Positions 31,639 to 41,659 of a stretch of DNA of 64,000 nucleotides are shown here, piece after piece. The DNA comes from Cenarchaeum sp. Its GTDB lineage: Archaea; Thermoproteota; Nitrososphaeria; Nitrososphaerales; Nitrosopumilaceae. The stretch's first letter is position 1. Every line of letters begins with the position of its first letter. The stretch spans positions 544,001-608,000 of the forward strand of contig OZ243037.1 of NCBI GenBank assembly GCA_965212015.1, given 5' to 3'. Below the pieces are notes generated by a model. That model made no database searches, was not told the DNA's origin, and worked only from the letters and a program-made list of their open reading frames with translations. A program made the translations under genes and the position numbers.

Positions 31639-31866
31639 TCACATCCGCCGCCCCTCTTCTGCCTCGTATATGGCCGTGTTAATCTTTGCCAAAAGCTTTG
31701 TCTTGGATCTCTGGGCTTTTTTGCTGTGCGTATAGTCCTTTTTTTCAACCAGCACCTGGAGCCTCTTTAGCTGCTGCAAGTCCAGCGTGCGCAGCCCGCG
31801 CTTTGAGACAGTGCCGAGGAGCCCGACGCGCTCCTTGTCCTCAGAGGTGAGCTTGTAATCCATCAC
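31639..31866 (-). CDS. Hypothetical protein
   Basis: 75-aa basic helical ORF with genome-typical codon usage. Confidence 0.65.
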   Translation of the reverse strand: MMDYKLTSEDKERVGLLGTVSKRGLRTLDLQQLKRLQVLVEKKDYTHSKKAQRSKTKLLAKINTAIYEAEEGRRM

Positions 31867-31889
31867 TACAGATGCTGCGCGTCCAATCT

Positions 31890-32138
31890 TTAATCCTTAT
31901 GCGCCACCGAGGCCGTGCGGTTTTTCACATCAAAGAGCTCAAGTGTCAGCAGGTCTATGGCCTTTTTGAGGTGCTCAAACTCGTTTACCGAGTGTATCTG
32001 GGCGTCTACTAGCACCCGCAGCACGCCAAGCATCCCCTTTTGGCCCCTGTCTGATGTTCCCACCTCCAGGGCGTTGATCCTGGCCAGCAGTATGTCCAGG
32101 TTTTTTCTTGTCTCATCGGCAGACGAGTGTTTCTTCAT
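31890..32138 (-). CDS. Hypothetical helical protein
   Basis: MKKHSSADETRKNLD...HSVNEFEHLKKAIDLL. Confidence 0.65.
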   Translation of the reverse strand: MKKHSSADETRKNLDILLARINALEVGTSDRGQKGMLGVLRVLVDAQIHSVNEFEHLKKAIDLLTLELFDVKNRTASVAHKD

Positions 32139-32177
32139 GTGATTGCCGGCCCTGCGGCGTATATGAATCATTTACGC

Positions 32178-32330
32178 CTATAAGAGATCCTCGTCTATCT
32201 TTTTTATGGCGTCCTGATACTCCGGACAGGTGCACTCTGGAATCCCGCACGGGCCGAGTCCGAACAGCGACGAGCTCGCAGCGGAGCTCCTGTGGGCCTC
32301 GTTTGTGTGGTGGCACCTCCTGCACTGCAT
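32178..32330 (-). CDS. 50-aa Cys/His zinc-binding miniprotein (not in ORF track)
   Basis: MQCRRCHHTNEAH...GPCGIPECTCPEYQDAIKKIDEDLL. Confidence 0.7.
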   Translation of the reverse strand: MQCRRCHHTNEAHRSSAASSSLFGLGPCGIPECTCPEYQDAIKKIDEDLL

Positions 32331-32351
32331 GCATGAAAAACTATTCGGCGC

Positions 32352-32747
32352 TTATTTAAGGGAGCCGGCGTCGCGAATCACCCCGGGAAATATTCGGCCT
32401 GCAAGCCCCACTATTCCGTCCACGTCGGCGTCGCGCTCTGCGGATATCAAGAGCAGGTAATTGCCGACAGGCATGCTGATTATGCTGATCTTTTTTCTCT
32501 TTGATAGCACGTACTCTATCGGGCCGAGCTTTTCGTCAAACTCTTCTCTGAGAAACACCTCCATTGCAAACTCCATGTATGCCATGCCGTTTTCCCTGTC
32601 GCTGAGGTGCGACTTTACCCCCTTTTTGAACCTGCCCACCACAAGCTTGCCCATCTTGTTGATTACGCCGATAAAGCGCATCCCCGGAAGCTCAAGCACC
32701 GTGTCTGCGGCATTCTCAAATGGTTCCAGTCCGTTGCTGTCTTGCAT
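32352..32747 (-). CDS. Roadblock/profilin-like protein (DUF6659-like)
   Basis: MRFIGVINKMGKLV...REEFDEKLGPIEY...KRKK..IS.P. Confidence 0.75.
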   Translation of the reverse strand: MQDSNGLEPFENAADTVLELPGMRFIGVINKMGKLVVGRFKKGVKSHLSDRENGMAYMEFAMEVFLREEFDEKLGPIEYVLSKRKKISIISMPVGNYLLLISAERDADVDGIVGLAGRIFPGVIRDAGSLK

Positions 32748-32748
32748 G

Positions 32749-33780
32749 TCAGGGAATTAGTACAGCCCTCGCCTCTATTTCAGAGTTTTTAAGCTTGGCT
32801 AGGACCTCGTTTGCCTGCTCTAGCGGGTACGACTCGGATATCACCGAGAGGTCGTGCTCGTGCGCAAGCCTCACCACCTCGCGCATGTCGTCCCTCGAGC
32901 CAATCAGGGTCCCCCGGATTGTCTTTTCCTCAAATGCCACAAAGCCCGATATCTTGCCTATTGTACCGACCACTATCAGGCCGCCCTTTTTGACGGACTT
33001 TATCGCAGTGTCCGTGGCAGCATCTGATGGCGCAAACACTATTGCGGCATCAAGCAGTCCCATCTTTTCTTCTAGCTCCCCGAGCACCTTGTTTTGATCC
33101 GCGCCAAACTGTACGGTCTCTGCGGCGCCGAGCTTTTCGGCCACCCGCAGGTGCTTTTGGCTGCGGGACAGCGCGACAATGCGCATTCCCTCGAGGCGCG
33201 CAAACTGCACTGCCATGTGTCCCACCCCGCCTATGCCAAAGATTCCGATTTTTTTTCCGCGTACGGGCTCGCTTGCCTTGACTGCCTTGTACGCGGTGAT
33301 TCCCGCGCAGAACAGCGGCGCGGCATACTCGGGGGCCATCCCCGGCGGAACCGGGGTGGCAAAATCCTCAGTCACCGTGACATATTCGGCATAGCCGCCC
33401 TTGAGGGATTCGCCTAGAACCTGCATCGACTCGCAGAGCTGCTCTTTTCCCTCCGTACAGTACTGGCACTTCATGCACGACTCTAGCAGCGGCGAGATTC
33501 CGGCGCGATCCCCGGGCTTGAACTTTGTGACTGCCGGGCCGATCTCGACTATCTCGCCTACCAGCTCGTGGCCGGGAACGGTGGGAAGCACAGGCGGGAT
33601 TCCAAGATCCTTCCAGTCCCCCTCTATACCGTGCAGCTGCGAGTGGCACACGCCGCACCCCTGAATCCTTATGAGCATCTCGTTTGGCCTCTTGATTTCG
33701 TGCCGCTGAATCTCAGTCAGCTTTAGCGGCCTGCCCTCTATCGGGCCCAGCTCAGAGAGGACCATCGCGCGCATCTTCAT
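32749..33780 (-). CDS. Zn-dependent alcohol dehydrogenase
   Basis: GVCHS, GHE, C..C..C...C structural Zn, APLFCAGIT, GIGGVG. Confidence 0.93.
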   Translation of the reverse strand: MKMRAMVLSELGPIEGRPLKLTEIQRHEIKRPNEMLIRIQGCGVCHSQLHGIEGDWKDLGIPPVLPTVPGHELVGEIVEIGPAVTKFKPGDRAGISPLLESCMKCQYCTEGKEQLCESMQVLGESLKGGYAEYVTVTEDFATPVPPGMAPEYAAPLFCAGITAYKAVKASEPVRGKKIGIFGIGGVGHMAVQFARLEGMRIVALSRSQKHLRVAEKLGAAETVQFGADQNKVLGELEEKMGLLDAAIVFAPSDAATDTAIKSVKKGGLIVVGTIGKISGFVAFEEKTIRGTLIGSRDDMREVVRLAHEHDLSVISESYPLEQANEVLAKLKNSEIEARAVLIP

Positions 33781-33833
33781 GTGTGCTGCACGCACCATGC
33801 CTCAATTAAATATAGGCCCGCGCGACGGACGCC

Positions 33834-34043
33834 ATGGCCCTCTCGCAAAGAGAAAAGGCAATCGCGCTAGTCGCCAACGGGATTGCTGTATACTCGTTAT
33901 ACCAGAGGGACGGCTCGCTGCCAGAAAACACCTCGCTGATTGACTTTGTCACAAAGGCAGTCCCGGATTCCATGAGGTCCGAGATTACAATCGAGATCAT
34001 AGACGAGGTGTTCAACTATGTGTCCGGCGCACATAATTCATAA
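33834..34043 (+). CDS. Hypothetical protein
   Basis: 69-aa ORF after a TATA-like element, upstream of purP. Confidence 0.65.
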   Translation: MALSQREKAIALVANGIAVYSLYQRDGSLPENTSLIDFVTKAVPDSMRSEITIEIIDEVFNYVSGAHNS

Positions 34044-34066
34044 GGAGAACCGCCCCAAGGCGTGCC

Positions 34067-35092
34067 ATGACCTCCGTTGCCACGCTTGGCTCCCACTGCG
34101 CGCTACAGGTGCTAAAGGGCGCAAAGGACGAGGGATTCAGGACCGTTCTGGTCTGCGAGAAAAGGCGCGAAGGGCTGTACAGGCGGTTTAACTTTATCGA
34201 CGAGTTTTTTCTGGTGGACGAATTTTCCGAGGTTTTGGGGCAAGAGTGCCAGTCGGTACTGGAGCAAAACGAGTCGGTGCTGATTCCGCACGGCACGCTG
34301 ATTGCGCAAATGACGCCAGAGCAGATCGAGTCGATAAAGACGCCGGTGTTTGGAAACAGGTGGGTCCTGAGGTGGGAGTCAGACAGGAACATGAAGGAGC
34401 GCCTGATGCAGGAGGCAGGCCTTGCCGTGCCCGGAAGCGTAAAGCGGCCAGAAGAGATTGACTCGCTGGTAATCGTAAAGAGGCACGGCGCGGCAGGCGG
34501 AAAGGGATATTTTTTGGCCACAAGCAAGGATGACTATGACGGCAAGCGCGACGCGCTAGTCGCACAGGGCACGATATCCAAAGACGAGGACCTGTACATA
34601 CAGGAATACGCACCCGGCGTGCTGGCATATTTGCAGTTTTTCTACTCCCCGCTGACCGGCCAGACAGAGTTTTTCGGTGCAGACCAGCGCCACGAGTCCG
34701 ACATTGAGAGCCTGGCCAGAATCCCGTCGTCCGTCCAGATAAAGCACGACAAGATTCCCTCCTTTAACGTGATAGGAAACACGGCAATCGTGCTGCGCGA
34801 ATCGCTGCTCGAGGAGGCATATTCCATGGGCGAGAGGTTTGTTGCGGCGACAAAAAGCCTGGTGGGATCCCAGATGACGGGGCCGTTTTGCATCGAGGGG
34901 GTGTACGACGAGAACGGCAAGTTTACCGCATTTGAGTTCTCAGCGAGGATAGTGGCCGGCACAAACATCTACATGGACGGCTCGCCGTACTATAATCTGC
35001 TGTATGGCGAACAGATGAGCATGGGCAGGCGCATTGCAAGGGAGATAAAAAACGCCGCGGCAGGCGGCGGACTGGGCACGGTCACGAGCTGA
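34067..35092 (+). CDS. purP: FAICAR synthetase PurP family (ATP-grasp)
   Basis: ATLGSHCALQVLKGAKDEGF, GAAGGKGYF, ARIVAGTN. Confidence 0.92.
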   Translation: MTSVATLGSHCALQVLKGAKDEGFRTVLVCEKRREGLYRRFNFIDEFFLVDEFSEVLGQECQSVLEQNESVLIPHGTLIAQMTPEQIESIKTPVFGNRWVLRWESDRNMKERLMQEAGLAVPGSVKRPEEIDSLVIVKRHGAAGGKGYFLATSKDDYDGKRDALVAQGTISKDEDLYIQEYAPGVLAYLQFFYSPLTGQTEFFGADQRHESDIESLARIPSSVQIKHDKIPSFNVIGNTAIVLRESLLEEAYSMGERFVAATKSLVGSQMTGPFCIEGVYDENGKFTAFEFSARIVAGTNIYMDGSPYYNLLYGEQMSMGRRIAREIKNAAAGGGLGTVTS

Positions 35093-35149
35093 TGCGCCCC
35101 CAGGGATTTCTCGCTACACTTTTAATTGCACTGATGCGCCCTACCACAG

Positions 35150-36154
35150 ATGGACGATCTGGACAGGGAGATTCTCAACGAGATCCAGTGGACGTTTCCC
35201 CTTGTCGCAAGGCCGTACGACGAGATTGCAAAAAAGTTCTGCATTGCGCCAAAAGACGCAAAGTCGCGCATAATGCAGCTCAAAAAGGCCGGCATACTCA
35301 GGCAGCTTAGCGCCATATTTGACACGCGAAGGCTCGGCTACAAGAGCTCCCTTGTGGCAGCAAAGACCGCACCAGAAAGCCTAGAGGACGTGGCAGAGCA
35401 GGTAAATCGGCATCCCGGGGTCAGCCACAATTACGAGAGAAAGCACGACTTTAATTTGTGGTTTACGCTGGCAGTGCCCCCCGGGGGGAACCTCAAATGC
35501 GAGATTGACAAATTTACAAAGATTCCCGGCATTCTAAAAATCCGGATGCTTCCGACCATACAGCTATTCAAGATTGGCGTAAAGCTCGACATGGTGGAGG
35601 GCAAAAAGCACGACATAAAGCCGACTGAGAGAAAAAAGGCAGTAAGGGACACAGAGTTTGTCCCGACTGAGGACGACAAAGAGTTCGTCAGGCAGCTGCA
35701 AAAGGATCTCGCAGTGATAGACAGGCCGTTTTTGCCGGCGGCAGAAAGCCTCGGCATGACAGAGCAGCAGATATTTGACAGGCTGCGCCATTACGAGGGG
35801 ATTGGCGTCATGCGCAGGTTTGCTGCGATTCTGCGCCACAGGGACGCAGGCTTTACCGCCAACGGAATGATAGTCTGGAGGGTGCCAGAGGACAGGATTG
35901 CCGCAGTCGGCGAGCAGCTGGGCGCGTTTCCGCAGGTAAGCCACTGCTATCAGAGGCCCGTCTATCCGGACTGGCCGTACAATGTCTTTTCCATGACGCA
36001 CTGCAAGTCCGAAGACGAGGCAAGACAGATGGCAAAGACCATCCAGTCGCAGATCGGAGTAGAGGATTACACCATACTGTTTAGCTCGCGCGAGTTCAAA
36101 AAGACCAGGGTGGAATATTTCACAGAACAGGGCACGCCGGGAATCGCCGCGTAA
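35150..36154 (+). CDS. Siroheme decarboxylase, fused AhbA/AhbB (NirDL/H-like)
   Basis: Two Lrp-like halves; PGVSHNYER and VSHCYQRP..PDWPYN.FSM.H. Confidence 0.88.
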   Translation: MDDLDREILNEIQWTFPLVARPYDEIAKKFCIAPKDAKSRIMQLKKAGILRQLSAIFDTRRLGYKSSLVAAKTAPESLEDVAEQVNRHPGVSHNYERKHDFNLWFTLAVPPGGNLKCEIDKFTKIPGILKIRMLPTIQLFKIGVKLDMVEGKKHDIKPTERKKAVRDTEFVPTEDDKEFVRQLQKDLAVIDRPFLPAAESLGMTEQQIFDRLRHYEGIGVMRRFAAILRHRDAGFTANGMIVWRVPEDRIAAVGEQLGAFPQVSHCYQRPVYPDWPYNVFSMTHCKSEDEARQMAKTIQSQIGVEDYTILFSSREFKKTRVEYFTEQGTPGIAA

Positions 36155-36487
36155 TCACAGCTCGTTTTCGTCGTGTCCCACAATGTGGCAGTCACAATAG
36201 TACAGGTCGTTCATGTTGCAGTAAAACCGTGACATGCTGCCGCAGGAGGCGCACGGCGGCCTCGTGTCGTGCTCGGAGAGCGCCACGTGGAATATCCTGC
36301 TCCTGCGCGTCACCCCCATGTTCTTGTAGGTCCTAGCCATCGAGGCAAGATACCGCAGATCGTCTGCGCCAAGCTCCCTCGTATGGTCGAGCCTTTTTGC
36401 CATGGACTGCCACCTGCGGCGCGAGCCTATGCGGGCAAGCCTCATGCACCGTATGAGATCCCCCGTCTTTTTCCTGTCAGGCGCCAT
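36155..36487 (-). CDS. Hypothetical protein with C-terminal Zn finger
   Basis: C..C......C.......C..H at C-terminus; ATG overlaps the stop of the upstream AKR gene. Confidence 0.65.
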   Translation of the reverse strand: MAPDRKKTGDLIRCMRLARIGSRRRWQSMAKRLDHTRELGADDLRYLASMARTYKNMGVTRRSRIFHVALSEHDTRPPCASCGSMSRFYCNMNDLYYCDCHIVGHDENEL

Positions 36488-37476
36488 CAGGCAGTTGCCT
36501 TTAGCTCGTACGGCGGCCAGCCTGCGTATATGGCGGCAATCTCTTGCATGTCCGAATCCCCGACATACCGTCCGTCGGACATTGCCGCAAAGTCCTCGAT
36601 TTCGTCTGTTCCCACGACGGTGGGTATCACCGATGATATCCCCCCCTTTGATAGGATGAACTTTATTGCAAGCTCTGTAATGGAAAGGCCGTTTCTGCCG
36701 GCTATTGGTTTTAGCTGTTCTATCTTTTTGAGCGACTCTGCAATCCACCTGCCCTTTCGGACCGAGCGGTGGTCCTTTTCGTCAATCTTTGTATCTGCGT
36801 CCACCTTTCCTGTCAGGACGCCAGACGCATCGGGAACCCGCACCAGGATTCCCGCGCCGTTGCGCGCAGCCTCGCCGAGCAGCTCGTTTCCGGGCGTCTG
36901 CTCCAGTATGTTATAGACTGTCTGGATTGCGCTAATCTCCGGGCGCTTTACGGCCTCCAGCCCTTCTTGCAGCCACCCTATCGCAGGCCCTAGCGCCACC
37001 TGGCACGCCCCCGTCTTTTTTTGGGCGATAAACTCGCGCAGCGTCCCGAATATCGCATCGTCCCGTACGTGGCCCAGCTTTGGATTGTGCAGCCCGTACA
37101 CGTCCACATGGTCCGTCTGCAGCCTATCGAGGCTGGCCCTTAGCGCCTTTTGGGCAAAGTCCGAATCAAAGCGCTGCGGCAGCTCGCTGTGCCCTATCTG
37201 CTCTGCGCCGCCAAAGTCATAGCCGAACTTTGTGGATATTACGACCTCATCACGCATGCCTGCAAAGACCTCGCCGATTATCCTCTCGCTTTTTCCCCCG
37301 CCGTACATGTCCCCTGTCTCAAAAAAGTTAATCCCCAGGTCATACGCCCTTTTTAGCATTCTTTTTGCCTCGTCCTCGCCGATCTCCTTGCCCCACCAGT
37401 TCATGGCAATGCTCCAGCCGCTAAAGCCAATCTCCGATACCTTTATGCCGCTTTTTCCCAGCGCATTATACCTCAA
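36487..37476 (-). CDS. Aldo/keto reductase
   Basis: LGKSGIKVSEIG, GINFFET.D.YG.G.SE, SLDRLQTD. Confidence 0.92.
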   Translation of the reverse strand: MRYNALGKSGIKVSEIGFSGWSIAMNWWGKEIGEDEAKRMLKRAYDLGINFFETGDMYGGGKSERIIGEVFAGMRDEVVISTKFGYDFGGAEQIGHSELPQRFDSDFAQKALRASLDRLQTDHVDVYGLHNPKLGHVRDDAIFGTLREFIAQKKTGACQVALGPAIGWLQEGLEAVKRPEISAIQTVYNILEQTPGNELLGEAARNGAGILVRVPDASGVLTGKVDADTKIDEKDHRSVRKGRWIAESLKKIEQLKPIAGRNGLSITELAIKFILSKGGISSVIPTVVGTDEIEDFAAMSDGRYVGDSDMQEIAAIYAGWPPYELKATA

Positions 37477-38012
37477 CTTGCCAGCTCCCCGAACCTTTGC
37501 AGCAGCTTTTGAATCTCAGAGTCCCCCAAGGCCGACTGTCCGGGCGGAATTTCAGCATTTATGTCTATCCAGGACTTGCAGCCGGCGTGTTCCGGAGTCA
37601 TCGGCACCTCGATGGCCTTTATACCGAACACCCTGAGAAACACGGCCTTTAGCGATCTTTCCGGATGCCAGTCCATCCTAGAGCGGACATAGTCGGCACT
37701 CCAGATGTGAAACGAGTCCAGCGCGTCAATTTTTTCCTGCGATGAAACGTCGGCGTGCGCCAGCACCTGCGCGTACGAGTCCATCCTGATTACGCCTGCA
37801 GGCCTGTCCCTTACGGCATCCAAATACGGATGGAACTCTTTTTTTATGCTGGCCGGCATCTGGTGCTCGTACGTGGGAAAGAGCAAAAACTTTTCGGACT
37901 CTAGCACGAATCCCGATGCCGCATCCCGTATGCCGCCCTTGCGAAGTATTACAGTCTGCCTGCCGTCTTTGAGCGCGCCAATTACGGTGGCCCACTCTTT
38001 GAGTGATTTCAC
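37473..38012 (-). CDS. DUF1802 family protein
   Basis: LKEWA...GRQ..ILRKGGI...FLLFPTYEHQ...GCKSW. Confidence 0.88.
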   Translation of the reverse strand: MKSLKEWATVIGALKDGRQTVILRKGGIRDAASGFVLESEKFLLFPTYEHQMPASIKKEFHPYLDAVRDRPAGVIRMDSYAQVLAHADVSSQEKIDALDSFHIWSADYVRSRMDWHPERSLKAVFLRVFGIKAIEVPMTPEHAGCKSWIDINAEIPPGQSALGDSEIQKLLQRFGELAS

Positions 38013-38680
38013 TATCCAAGGCTGGATACAAGGGGAATAATATCCTTTTTGACGCACACTATCATCGGCGTGTCCGTTATGATGTGGCGCGAGACTGCAG
38101 TCTCACGCAGATCCATTATCAGGTTCTGAAACTGCCTCAGGTCGTCGCACTCGAATGCCAGCATAAAGTCCTCGTCATGCAGCCCAAAGGAGTACGTGGT
38201 GTTGAGGGTTATTCCGGGGTATTTTTTGCCGACTGCAATGTGCTGCTCCATCATCTTTTGGCGCTGCTCTGCGGGCAAGAGATACCACTCCCTTGACTTT
38301 GTAAACGGATAGACGACTGCGTATTTTTTCGGCTCGCCGCCTGCCACAAACGAGAGCTCGCCTGCCTTTTGGGCGTACATTGACGGCCTGGTGCACGACA
38401 GGTACGTAAGGGAGGGCGCAATGTACTTGCCAAACACCGTAAGGTGCAGCTTTGATACTGCGTCTTGAATCTCATCCACGCTGTGCGCGGCAAACCAGAA
38501 AAGAAAGTCGGCATCGTTGCGCAGCCCCAGAGTCGAGTACGAGCGGAACATTATGCCCGTGTTTCTGATCACGTTTTCCACCTCCCTTGCGGACTCTTCC
38601 TTTGCCAGATCCGCCATCCACCTCCACTTTGGATCCAGCTTGAAGAAGGAAAAGTTGAAAAAATACTCGTCGCCTTCCAT
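38012..38680 (-). CDS. Chlorite dismutase / coproheme decarboxylase family protein
   Basis: YPFTKSREWYLL..E.R..MM..H..VG, YSFGL.D.DF. Confidence 0.88.
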   Translation of the reverse strand: MEGDEYFFNFSFFKLDPKWRWMADLAKEESAREVENVIRNTGIMFRSYSTLGLRNDADFLFWFAAHSVDEIQDAVSKLHLTVFGKYIAPSLTYLSCTRPSMYAQKAGELSFVAGGEPKKYAVVYPFTKSREWYLLPAEQRQKMMEQHIAVGKKYPGITLNTTYSFGLHDEDFMLAFECDDLRQFQNLIMDLRETAVSRHIITDTPMIVCVKKDIIPLVSSLG

Positions 38681-38712
38681 GATCTCCTGCCACGGCGGAA
38701 TCTCTTAAAAAA

Positions 38713-39951
38713 CTAGTGGTGCGCGGCCCTGCGGCCGGGGCGCACAGTCCCGTCCCTGCTGCCGCCTCTGGCCTTTTCGGCAGCCGATCCCCTGCCTGAG
38801 ATTCTCCTTTCAAGGCCGTCCTCGAGTGGAATCTCTATCAGGTCCCCCATCCTCAGTCCCTTCAGGCCGGCTGCGACTGCCCTTGCCTGCTCGTCGTTTT
38901 TTTCCAGCCCCAGCAGCGACATTAGGTATGCGGCGCCGGATTTTCCCGCCAGCTCGCCGAACACTATCCTGCGCCTGTTGCCCACCACGCGCGGGGGAAT
39001 CGGCTCGTATGCCGCAGGGTTTCTCAGTATGGCCGCAAGGTGCGTTCCTGCCTTGTGCTTGTATGCCGACGAGCCGACTATCGGCTTTGAGTCGTACGGG
39101 CGGATGGACGTATAGTCCTCAATCAGCCTCGAGAGATCCTGCAGCATGTCCAGCCGGAAATCGTTTGCGGACTTGTACAGGTAGGTCAGCGCGACGGCCA
39201 CTTCGGCAAGCGCCGGGATTCCCGTCCTCTCGCCGATGCCGTCAATCGTGGTGTGAATCTGATCAGCTCCTGCCTCGCATGCGGCAAAGGCGTTTGCCAG
39301 CGCAAAGCCAATGTCGTTGTGGACGTGCACGTCAAGCGGCACGCCGATCTCCTTGCGCACCATGCCCACAAAGTTGCGCATTCCAATCGGGCGCATTATG
39401 CCGACCGTGTCAGGCAGGCTTATCCTGTCGACTCCGGCCTCCTCTATGGCCCTGCAGACCTGGATCAAAAACTTTGGATCCGCCCTGCTTCCGTCCTCCA
39501 CTGTAAACCTTATCTTCAGGCCGTGCGACTTTGCATACTCTACTGTACTTACTGCGCGCTCTAGGGCCTCCCCGCGGGTGATGCGCAGCTTGTCCCTCAG
39601 GTGCACGTCGGAGACTCCGAGGTATGCGGCGACCCATGCGGCATCGCAGCTCAGCGAGACGTCGATGTCCTTTTTTAGCGCGCGGCCGTGCGAGACAATG
39701 TCGGCCTTGAGGCCCTGCTTTATTATGGTCCTGGTAGCATCCCGGTGGTCGCCTGAGACTATCGGCGAGATCTCTATCTGGTCTACGCCGAAATAGTCAA
39801 GCATCCACGCAATCTGGATGCGCTGCTTGTTGGTAAAGGAGACGCCGGGGTGCTGCTCGCCCTCGCGCAGGGTGCTGTCAAGCACGCGTATGTCCTTTCT
39901 TCCCTCCTCGTACTCGTTGTACCGGTCTGCGTGGTAATTCGGATCATTCAT
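38713..39951 (-). CDS. Homocitrate synthase / LeuA-family enzyme
   Basis: LDSTLREGEQ, LPDTVG, HVHND.G, GIGERTG; located in the Lys/Arg cluster. Confidence 0.9.
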   Translation of the reverse strand: MNDPNYHADRYNEYEEGRKDIRVLDSTLREGEQHPGVSFTNKQRIQIAWMLDYFGVDQIEISPIVSGDHRDATRTIIKQGLKADIVSHGRALKKDIDVSLSCDAAWVAAYLGVSDVHLRDKLRITRGEALERAVSTVEYAKSHGLKIRFTVEDGSRADPKFLIQVCRAIEEAGVDRISLPDTVGIMRPIGMRNFVGMVRKEIGVPLDVHVHNDIGFALANAFAACEAGADQIHTTIDGIGERTGIPALAEVAVALTYLYKSANDFRLDMLQDLSRLIEDYTSIRPYDSKPIVGSSAYKHKAGTHLAAILRNPAAYEPIPPRVVGNRRRIVFGELAGKSGAAYLMSLLGLEKNDEQARAVAAGLKGLRMGDLIEIPLEDGLERRISGRGSAAEKARGGSRDGTVRPGRRAAHH

Positions 39952-40068
39952 TGCAGATTTCGGTGCATATTTCACGTTTTATAAACATATTCGTACTGAT
40001 TTCGTTGTTTTCGTCGCCCCCGCCGGCAGAATCGGCAGGCGTTGCAGCCGGCAGTGCCGGTTATCGCA

Positions 40069-40488
40069 TCACTCGATGGTGCGGAGTATTATCACAGTGT
40101 TTGTGTCAGTGACTCCGGGAATCTTGCGCAGCGCATCAATGCTGGAGTTTATCTCTGCAATGTTGGGGGCGCCCATTATCACCGTAATGTCGTACTGGCC
40201 CGTAATCTCGTATACCGTCCGCACGCTGTCAAGTTTTGTGAGCTTTGAGGAGACCTTTGCGGTGTCAGTCATCGAGTCGACTGAGACGAGCACTATGGCC
40301 TTGGTGGTGTTCTCCTCGCCTATGTTTATCGTAAACTTTGTGATTATCTTTCCGTCTATGAGGTTCTTTACCCTGCGGCGGACGGCGGATTCTGAGAGCT
40401 TTAGCTTTTTGCCAATGTCCACAAAGGACTCGCGCGAGTCGTTGCGCAAAAACTCTATTATCTTTTCGTCCGTCTTGTCCTTAAACAT
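40069..40488 (-). CDS. lysM: Lrp/AsnC regulator LysM
   Basis: HTH LSESAVRRRV, YEITGQYD; located within the lys operon. Confidence 0.85.
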   Translation of the reverse strand: MFKDKTDEKIIEFLRNDSRESFVDIGKKLKLSESAVRRRVKNLIDGKIITKFTINIGEENTTKAIVLVSVDSMTDTAKVSSKLTKLDSVRTVYEITGQYDITVIMGAPNIAEINSSIDALRKIPGVTDTNTVIILRTIE

Positions 40489-41659
40489 TATGGCGCCGCT
40501 CCTCCCTGGAAAAAAGATCATCCAGTGTCTCTAAAACCTTTGCAATGTCCTGCCCGGATATCACCAGCGGCGGCAGGAACCGCAGTATGTTCCGGCCGGA
40601 ATACAAGAGCAGGAGGCCGTTTTTTATGCCGTCCATGATTATATCGCGCACCTCGAACTTTAACTCTACGCCGATCATCAGGCCCATCCCGCGGACCTCA
40701 CGGATTATCTTGTGCTTTTTTTGCAGCTCTTGCAGGCCCCCGATGAGCCTCGCACCTGCGGTGCGCGCATTATCCACCAGCCCGTCGCGCTCCAGTGCGT
40801 CAAGTGTGGCGATTCCTGCGGCGCACGAAAGCGGGTTGCCGCCAAACGTCGAGGAGTGCTCGCCCTTGCCCATGCACCCTAGTATGTCCGGCCGGACCAG
40901 CGTGGCCCCCATCGGCACGCCGCCGGCAATCCCCTTTGCAAGGCACATAATGTCCGGTGCGGTATCCCAGTGCTCAGACGCAAACATCTTGCCCGTCCGT
41001 CCCAGTCCGGACTGTATCTCGTCGAATATCAAAAGCGCCCCGCTTTTATCGCATATCCTCCTTGCCTCCTGCAAAAACCCGTCGGGTGCCACGTGTATGC
41101 CGCTCTCGCCCTGTATGGGCTCCATTATTACAAGCGCAGTCTCGCCGTCCACCGTTTTGCGCAGCGCCTCTGCGTCCCCAAACGCAGAAAACGAGACGCC
41201 CTCGATGAGCGGCCCGAAGCTCTTTTTGTACTTTGGGTTAAACGTAAGGGACAGCGCCCCGAGGGACTTGCCGTGGTAAGAGCCGCGCATTGCGACCATT
41301 TTTTTTCTGCCGGTGAACTTTTTTGCAAACTTTATTGCGGCCTCGACGGACTCGGCGCCGCTGTTGTTGAGGTGCACCTGCGAGAGGCCTTTTGGCGCCA
41401 CGCCCACGAGGCGCCCCAGAAACTCCTCGCGCGTCTTGCTGTACAGCGAGCTGTGGACCGTGATTATCCGGCCCAGCTGCGACCTTATGGCCTCAGACAC
41501 CCTCCTGTTTTGGTGGCCCACCAGGGCGACGCCATAGCCGCCCATGCAGTCAATGTACCTTTTGCCGTCCTCATCCCACACGTGCGCACCCTCCCCCCTT
41601 GCAACCGTGACTGGGAACCTCTGGTAGAGATTCCCCATAAACTCGTCTTCAGTCATCAT
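40481..41659 (-). CDS. lysJ: [LysW]-aminoadipate/glutamate semialdehyde transaminase
   Basis: Class III aminotransferase: EPIQGE.G, DEIQSG.GRTG, LAKG, STFGGNP. Confidence 0.92.
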   Translation of the reverse strand: MMTEDEFMGNLYQRFPVTVARGEGAHVWDEDGKRYIDCMGGYGVALVGHQNRRVSEAIRSQLGRIITVHSSLYSKTREEFLGRLVGVAPKGLSQVHLNNSGAESVEAAIKFAKKFTGRKKMVAMRGSYHGKSLGALSLTFNPKYKKSFGPLIEGVSFSAFGDAEALRKTVDGETALVIMEPIQGESGIHVAPDGFLQEARRICDKSGALLIFDEIQSGLGRTGKMFASEHWDTAPDIMCLAKGIAGGVPMGATLVRPDILGCMGKGEHSSTFGGNPLSCAAGIATLDALERDGLVDNARTAGARLIGGLQELQKKHKIIREVRGMGLMIGVELKFEVRDIIMDGIKNGLLLLYSGRNILRFLPPLVISGQDIAKVLETLDDLFSREERRHNV